Of a DNA stretch of 64,000 bases, positions 57,371 through 64,000 are shown piece by piece (the first letter of the stretch is position 1; each line of letters starts with the position of its first letter). The notes below the pieces were generated by a model. It was not told the DNA's origin and did no database searches. It saw nothing but the letters and a program-made list of their open reading frames with translations. The DNA comes from Setoptus koraiensis (Eukaryota; Animalia; Arthropoda), in assembly GCA_048013815.1 (NCBI GenBank), contig CM106586.1, forward strand, positions 23,436,001 to 23,500,000, given 5' to 3'. Made by a program: the position numbers and the translations under genes.

Positions 57371-58553
57371 TTTGGCCTACGTGTGACTTTTTCATCCAGG
57401 CATAAGTAATTATCTCCTGAGGTGTTGTAGAGGCCGACGTGGAGGCTGATGAGCGTTCCTTTTTCACGTTGCTCTTGTTATTGGATGTTGACTGTGAATT
57501 ATTAGTATTTTGTGTTTGCACAACATTTGTTGCAACAGTGGCAAGCTGCGAACTACTATTACCATTATTTAAATTAGCGCTGCCGAGTTGCACTGGCGTG
57601 TTGTTGCTGCTATTTGTAGCAGACGCTGTTGTTGTTGTTGGCGTTGTGCTAGACTGATAACCAGATTGGTTGTTTGCATTTACACCTGTTTGTTGTTGTT
57701 CTGGCGCTAATTGTGTTGCAGTCACTGGCGTGACCGCTTGTGCGGGCTGCTGACTAACTGAAAGCGTATTGTTGTTGTTATTGTTTTGGTTGTTTGGCGG
57801 CGATGTTGCCAAGTGTAAGCCGGCCATTGATATTGCGGCGACAGCGGCATTATTGTTGGCCACAGCGCTGTTATGCAACTGTTGTTGTAGGTGTTGCTGT
57901 TGTTGTTGTGTCAATTGTCCAGACAGTTGCTGTTGCTGCTGAGTTGCATGCAAGTGATGCTGATGATGATGTTGTTGTTGCTGTTGCGGATGCTGAAGGT
58001 GGTGCTGGTGCTGTTGTTGTTGTAGGCGACGTTGTTGTAATTGTTGTTGTTGTTGTTGTTGCTGTTGTTGGTGGTGCTGATGGGGGTGATTGTGTTGCTG
58101 CTGAGGGAGAGGATGCGGTTGTTGTTGCTGAGATAATTGATGTTGTTGTTGCTGCTGTGGCAATGGCGGCGGCGGCGGCGGCGGTAGACTATGTTGTGGG
58201 TGGTGGTGGTGGTGCTGTTGTTGCTGTTGGTGGTGCTGTTGATGCTGGTGGTGCTGCTGTTGTTGTTGATGATGCTGATGATGATGATGGTGTTGCTGTT
58301 GTGGCTGATGATGATGCGGTTGTTGCAGCGAGCCCTGGCCAGCGCCGTCTTGATATTGTACGATCTGCTCTAATAGTTCGGGCGTCATTGCGTACTGTTG
58401 GTCTTGTTGCAGAAGATGTTGTTGTTGTTGCACAATGGGCTCATTTTGTTGCATCTGGTGAACCTGTTGAAGATGGTTCAGATGATGGTGAGCTGGCGCG
58501 TTCACAATCGTATTGATGGGCGCGAACTGGCTGTAGTCGTTGGCCACCTCCAT
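57371..58553 (-). CDS. Scr: Sex combs reduced, exon 1: polyQ/His/Pro/Asn-rich activation region and hexapeptide (full protein 528 aa)
   Basis: Long Gln/His-rich ORF ending PQEIITYAWMKKSHVGQ then GTAAGT. Joins the homeobox exon in frame (1183+404 nt = 529 codons). The start codon is the least certain part. Confidence 0.9.
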
Positions 58554-59773
58554 TGTTGCAGTTGTTGCGGTTGTTTCTTCTCTCGCTCGTCCTACTGTCT
58601 CCGTTGATCCAATGCAATCTTATATAATATGATATAATATAATATGATATAATCTGATGTAATGCTAATATGACGCAATTCCACTGTTTGACTGTGCTCT
58701 AGATTTGCCTATATGGCACCGTGTCGAACTGTGTATATATCGCTGTTTGTCGCTGTAACTGTGAAGCTTGCACAATGACGGCCTAGATGCGACTGATGTG
58801 TGACTGTGTCGTCAGTGTGTTGTCATTGACTTGATTGGTGTTGATACTAATGTTGTTGACTTTGATGACTAGATTGCGCTTCTTCTTTTTCTTCTTACAC
58901 AACAACAACAACAGCAGCAACATCACTCTATGCGTGTGCTATATGGTTGCTCCTGAACTCGATCCACAGAGTTGCTCCGTGCCGCTTGTGTCACTGCTCA
59001 TGCGCATTGCGTACCAAGGCGAAGAGGAGCGGTTTGTAGTTGAATAAACATTACGACATTTGTTGTGCAGTTGGCGCTGCTGTTGCTGGCGCTGTTGTTG
59101 CTGTTGTTGTTGCTGTCGTTGCTGCTGTTGTTGTCGGCGATTACGCGCTACTTTCAATTGCAATCGATACGATTACGCGCAGTATCGCACCAATGCGCGC
59201 GCTCGCTACTCAAATGCACACAACAGCACACTCTGCGCTTCTGTAGTGCTTTGTGTGATACGGCTCTCTCTACATGGCCATGTTACAATATCGCACATAT
59301 TGCATCACAACTGCGCAGCATCTTGCTTGTTGTGCCGCGACACACAGCAGCGGTGGCGATCACGAGCAGCAACTACTGCTCTACTTGTCCATGTTCTTGG
59401 TCTCCATCTACTGATAAACTCGTGCAACTTTGCACCACTGACCATGCCAAAATGGATGCTCGCCAACTTGTGCGCAGCCCTGCTGCGCACTGAGCCCCAC
59501 ACGCTTTGTTGTCGCGCTCGTTGTCCAGGTGCCCCTCATCTCGCGCGCCGACAACAACAATCGAAATACCCCTCTATATGTAGCCTCTATATGCAGCCTC
59601 GCTATAGCGGTACCCTCACGGCCCGCGGACTCACTCCAGTGAATCGCCTGCGGTGCCCAGCAGCGGGGGTGTGGTGCGCGCACCCGCCTATATTTCTTCA
59701 CTGCCCGTCGTGCTGTGTAGCCCAATAGGCTGCGAGTGTGCGCGCCGCTGGCGACGAGGCGGCTGCTGTCGCT

Positions 59774-59880
59774 GCGAGGGTACCACCGCGAGGGCATCAT
59801 TACGCGAGGGCACCAGTACGCGAGGGCACCATTACGCGAGGGCACCATTACGCTAGGGCACCATTACGCGAGGGTATCAT
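59774..59880. repeat. 16-bp tandem repeat x6.5 upstream of Scr
   Basis: GCGAGGGCACCATTAC units at 59788, 59804, 59820, 59836, 59852 and 59868. Confidence 0.92.
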
Positions 59881-62800
59881 GGGTCCTATAGCACGGGTAT
59901 TACAGCATGGGCACTGTAGCGATGCGGACGCAGGTCGCAGAGTTCGTTGGGCATGCAAATCATTATCACTGTCTACTGTTGCTGTTGTTGTCGATATTCA
60001 TATTTTGCGAGTGAGACTCATCATCGCTCGATGGCGCCACCCGCCATTGGTTGTGTTCATTAATGGCGCAACTGTTGTGAATTCATAGTTGTGATTGCGT
60101 AACATTATTAGCGCATACATTAGTTGGTGTAGAGCATGGAGCATGGAGATATTTTTGCATGCCACTAACAAGTGGCGCTGTTGTTGTTGTTGTTGTTTCA
60201 CTACATCCACCACCAGCCAAACCACTGACGATGCGCGCAACCGGCACAGAACCGGCTTCGTCGCGTTACCGGAGTGCGCAGAGTCAAAGCATGAGCCAAT
60301 GGCTGGGTTGACCATTGCGTCATGATGGAAGCCCACAATTGCGCAACAATTGACACAAACATGACACGACCAGCAAACAAACAAAGGCCAACAAGCAACG
60401 AGCAAACGAGCAACGTTCATTGTTCAGTGAAACAACAACAACAACAACAAGTAGTAGTATTATAGGCCGGCACTATGAAAAGTGTGGAAATGAAGAATTG
60501 TTTTGTTTCTTAAAAAAGAATCGTCGTCCTTTCTAATCTGTCTGCGGTGTCGAATGGCACACACACACACACGCACACACACATACACACACACACACAG
60601 GCCAATTAGACAGTGTCCGACAATTTGTTCAACTGCAACAATTCGCGGACAATTCGCGAACAATTCGCAACAATGGCCTTGAATGGCATACTATTAATAT
60701 AAGAGTGCTGCCAGTGAGCGGTCAGTGACAAGTGCTGGCTGTTATTATATAACTTAAATAGTTTTATTGCATCTATACTTTTACTTTTAAACTATGGCTA
60801 ATCTAATTATTGTCCGTCTGTGTATATGTTAGCCGACACACGCACACACTAATCATCATTTTTGGTAATCATTCCTGTGCCATAGTAACTATTGGCAACA
60901 ATAGTAAATAGTCTGCTGCTGGCGCAGCGCTAAAAGAATAATAATAATATTAATAATATATACAATTTGATATATATCTGATCTGATATGGGTGAGATAC
61001 AAGGCTTACATCAACATCGTCGTCGTACAGTATGCCATATACAATAGTGTAGTGTGGACATTGTAAATAACATTGTAAATAACTTTTGCTCCACTCTCTT
61101 GTTCCGGTCACTTGGCCCATTCGCCTGGCCAGGCGGTCCCGTGCTCTGTTATGCGACGCCTGCTATGAGGGTGTGTAAAATGGGGTGTGTATAGAGCGAT
61201 AGTTAGAATGGTGCCGATTAATTAATTATTAATATCGATCATGTGTTTGTCACATAACAAGCTGGTGATTTTGGTGTCTCACCCAAGCCAGATAAGCCTG
61301 CCAAAGGTCAGCTCGGCGGCCCCAATGAAACAACGCGCCGTCGCATGCCCCAAGTAGGCGATTGTAAGTAGCTCATGGTGGCTGCTAGCTTTGATTTCGT
61401 TAATAATGCAATTCTATTGGTTGCAGGGTATTTATCTCTGGATGGCACGCAAACAAACAAACCAATACACACAAACAAATAATATTTGTATTAGTGTTGT
61501 AATCGCAAAAATAGGCCCACATAACGCATACAGATAGACAGACAAAAATAAGCACAACAGTCTAGAGTCGCCATCATCTGACCTGCGATGTGATCGCCAA
61601 TGAAATCTCTCCTTTTTCGGCCTGTATTTTATATAAACATCTCGTCTATTTTTTTCTCTCTTTTCGATAGGCCAAACATAGGCCAAAACTCGTTCGAAAC
61701 GATCCAGTTGATTGCATGCTCTGGGCCAATTATGAGATCATCTTTGCACTCTCAGATTAAGAGATCATGGTTTTATGCAAATCTAATCTCATCTCGCTGG
61801 CCGCTATAGATTCATATGCAAATATAAGTGTAGCATCGGTACACTTGGTGCCCGCTAGATATAGACAAACGTGGCGGTGAATTGAGTTCAGCTCGGATTG
61901 TCGTAATTTAAAGAAAAATAGATTGCGAAAATTGCCCAATTGAACTCTATTGAAATCATGAGCAGCATCACAGCAGCAGCAGGCCGGCGCAAGTGTCCAT
62001 TATAGGGCACCAACAATTGAAACTGTGCCAACTCTGTGCCACTCCATCGATCATGTTCAACAATGAAGGATCATCCATCATTTCGCTCATTCATTCGGAC
62101 GGCCGATCGAAATTCAATTGGCGGGCCCCTTTTGTGCGTCTGTGCCACTCACATTTAAACATCTATATAAATGCATATATCTCTATATATGTGTGTGTGT
62201 GTTATTGACAGAAAGTGATTGTCACTTGATTATGATGTATGCAAATTAGCGCGCAGGTGAGTGAGGCGCACAGTGTCGCGAAACTGTGCCTATAGTGGCG
62301 CGCACATGGCAGTGGAAGGGCGCTGCGGCTTGGCCGGGCCGGCTAGCGTAGACAAAATCGGGCGAACGGGCGGTGGCGGCAGCGGCGCTAATTGGAACGA
62401 CGACGAAGGCAAACCTGAGCCTGTGACGCAATGTCCGCGAAGGCAATGGCGAGCAACGGAGAGAAATCGCTCATCGTTTTATAATGAAACCACTCCGACA
62501 ACAATTATACAACAGCAACAGCAACAACCGAGCTGTCGTTGTTGCTGTTGGCTCGTTTTGCGATGCGTTGTGCCTGCCCCCGAAACATGGCAGCGGGGCG
62601 AGAGGCAAACGGCAAAGTTGCCAGAGCAACTGGCAGCGATTGGCCGACTTCTTTTGGCCATCGCCAGCCCCGAGTGAGATCAGGCGGCTGGAAAATGCAA
62701 GTTCGCGCCGCCTTCCACAGCGCAACAACAGTTGCTGTTGGAGCCCAATTCTCTCTATATGAGAGCGAGCGCCGGCATTACAAGTTGCCAGCGCTATGAG

Positions 62801-62916
62801 CCAGCGCATAGCCTGGCAAAACTTGTTGTTGAAGCTGTTGTTGTTGAAGTTGTTGTAGTTGCTGTTGTTGCCGTTGCCGCTGTTGTTGCTGTTGTGTCGC
62901 TCGGCTGGCATCATTA

Positions 62917-62928
62917 CAAGATGGCGGC
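62917..62928 (+). promoter_or_regulatory. YY1/Pho consensus site CAAGATGGCGGC
   Basis: Exact match to the long YY1/Pleiohomeotic consensus about 4.4 kb upstream of the Scr ATG. Could instead be a translation start context. Confidence 0.3.
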
Positions 62929-63590
62929 ATCATCAGCGGCGGCGGCGGCAGCGCCATCGCCAGCAGCAGCCAGCTTTGTATTCGCAAATTCGTATTTGTA
63001 TGCACAATATTCAGCTCAACTATGGCAACAACAACAACAACAACACCACCAACACCAACAACGGCAGCGCCAACAACCGAGCCAACAACAGCGCCAACCA
63101 CCGCAACTATATGCACGCCGAACGCACCGATGGAGGCACGAACGGGCCCGCTGTCGAGCGCTCGAAAAGTGACGCACGCACACGGAGCGGACACACAAAT
63201 GGATGATTTATGCGCTACGTCACGCGCTTTGCAGTTGCAATTCGCTCTCTTTCGCTGCTCTCCGACGGCTATCCGACAATCCGACTATGCGACTATCCGA
63301 CTATCCGACTGTTCGCTGCAACATGCATCCGCGCTCCGTGTTGTTTGCCAACTGTGCCAGGGGCACAGTTCGCGAAACGTTGGAACAGAACGCTGGCGCT
63401 ATTATTATCCAATCGAGCCAAATGCGAGCGCCAAATGACCAAATCATACCGCCACCTATATCCCTGTGCCACAGATGTGCCACTGGGCGAGCGGCACAGT
63501 CGGAGCAAGAGTGCAAAAGTGCAAAAGTGGCGGCGCGCACGGCGCTCGAAATAAGCTTTGCTTGGTGAACCAAATCGGAAGTTTCACTCG

Positions 63591-63591
<1 letters not shown>

Positions 63592-63635
<44 letters not shown>
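63592..63635. repeat. (TG)22 microsatellite
   Basis: Direct reading. Confidence 0.95.
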
Positions 63636-63636
<1 letters not shown>

Positions 63637-64000
63637 AAAAATGTATGTGACTATTCGGCGATGATTCATCATAGTTGAAACATCATCATATAGTCTACTG
63701 CCTGCTGCGCTCAACTAGACACTAGCGGAGCAATATGTGCCCATCGAGCGATTCGGCGGGCACACTCCGCCAGCCAGAGACAGTCGCAGCGAAATAAAAA
63801 ACTGCCTAGACTCGAATCAGACGCGGGTCCGCGGATATTGCGAGCGCTGGCTGGCTGCAGTTGCTTTCGACGAAGTCGAATCCGAATACGCGCAGCCCCG
63901 AGCCAAGGGCACGCCGACGGGCAGGTTGGCGGCCCGACAAGCCGGCGAGTTCCTTTGTGTTGCCGGTGGCTCGCCAGTTCTGTTCGCCAGTCTGCTCAAG

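Noticed and set aside
44600-64000. Short ORFs within the Scr intron and upstream region, including polyQ ORFs at 58939-59163 and 62778-63194
   Set aside because: Low-complexity (CAA/CAG)n translations without domains or supported splice partners. No ftz homeobox lies within the window.
1-64000. tRNA, rRNA, telomeric TTAGG arrays, transposase or reverse transcriptase ORFs
   Set aside because: No cloverleaf, rRNA motif, telomere array or DDE/RT signature recognised.

Overview
Eukaryotic (animal) genomic DNA from a compact, intron-poor genome. The Scr linker sequence ([16 protein letters not shown]) and the intronless 5.2-kb Dicer suggest a chelicerate, probably a mite such as an eriophyoid (inference). 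No rRNA, tRNA, CRISPR array or prokaryotic operon was seen. Left part (1-17.6 kb, AT-rich, gene-dense): orphan membrane protein, P5C reductase with a long N-terminal extension, OFA-like MFS transporter, Ser/Lys/Pro-rich orphan, secreted Glu/Lys-rich protein, a 1-kb nested inverted-repeat module (basic-region-less HLH micro-ORF, 120-bp palindrome over its start codon, foldback element with ~165-bp arms around a 42-bp array), a truncated RagC/D copy and an intact Dicer. About 19.7-33 kb is a GC/CpG- and minisatellite-rich block with no recognisable gene. 33.5-40.7 kb holds LMO7/smallish-like, SZRD1 and syndapin (3 exons), followed by an inverted decayed copy of part of LMO7. 44-58.6 kb is the Hox gene Sex combs reduced (minus strand, 2 exons, 12.9-kb intron, YAWM instead of YPWM); its 3' neighbours are housekeeping genes rather than Dfd, suggesting a Hox cluster break. 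Most short ORFs in the supplied track are low-complexity or antisense artefacts. All alignments were made by eye; no database searches were run.
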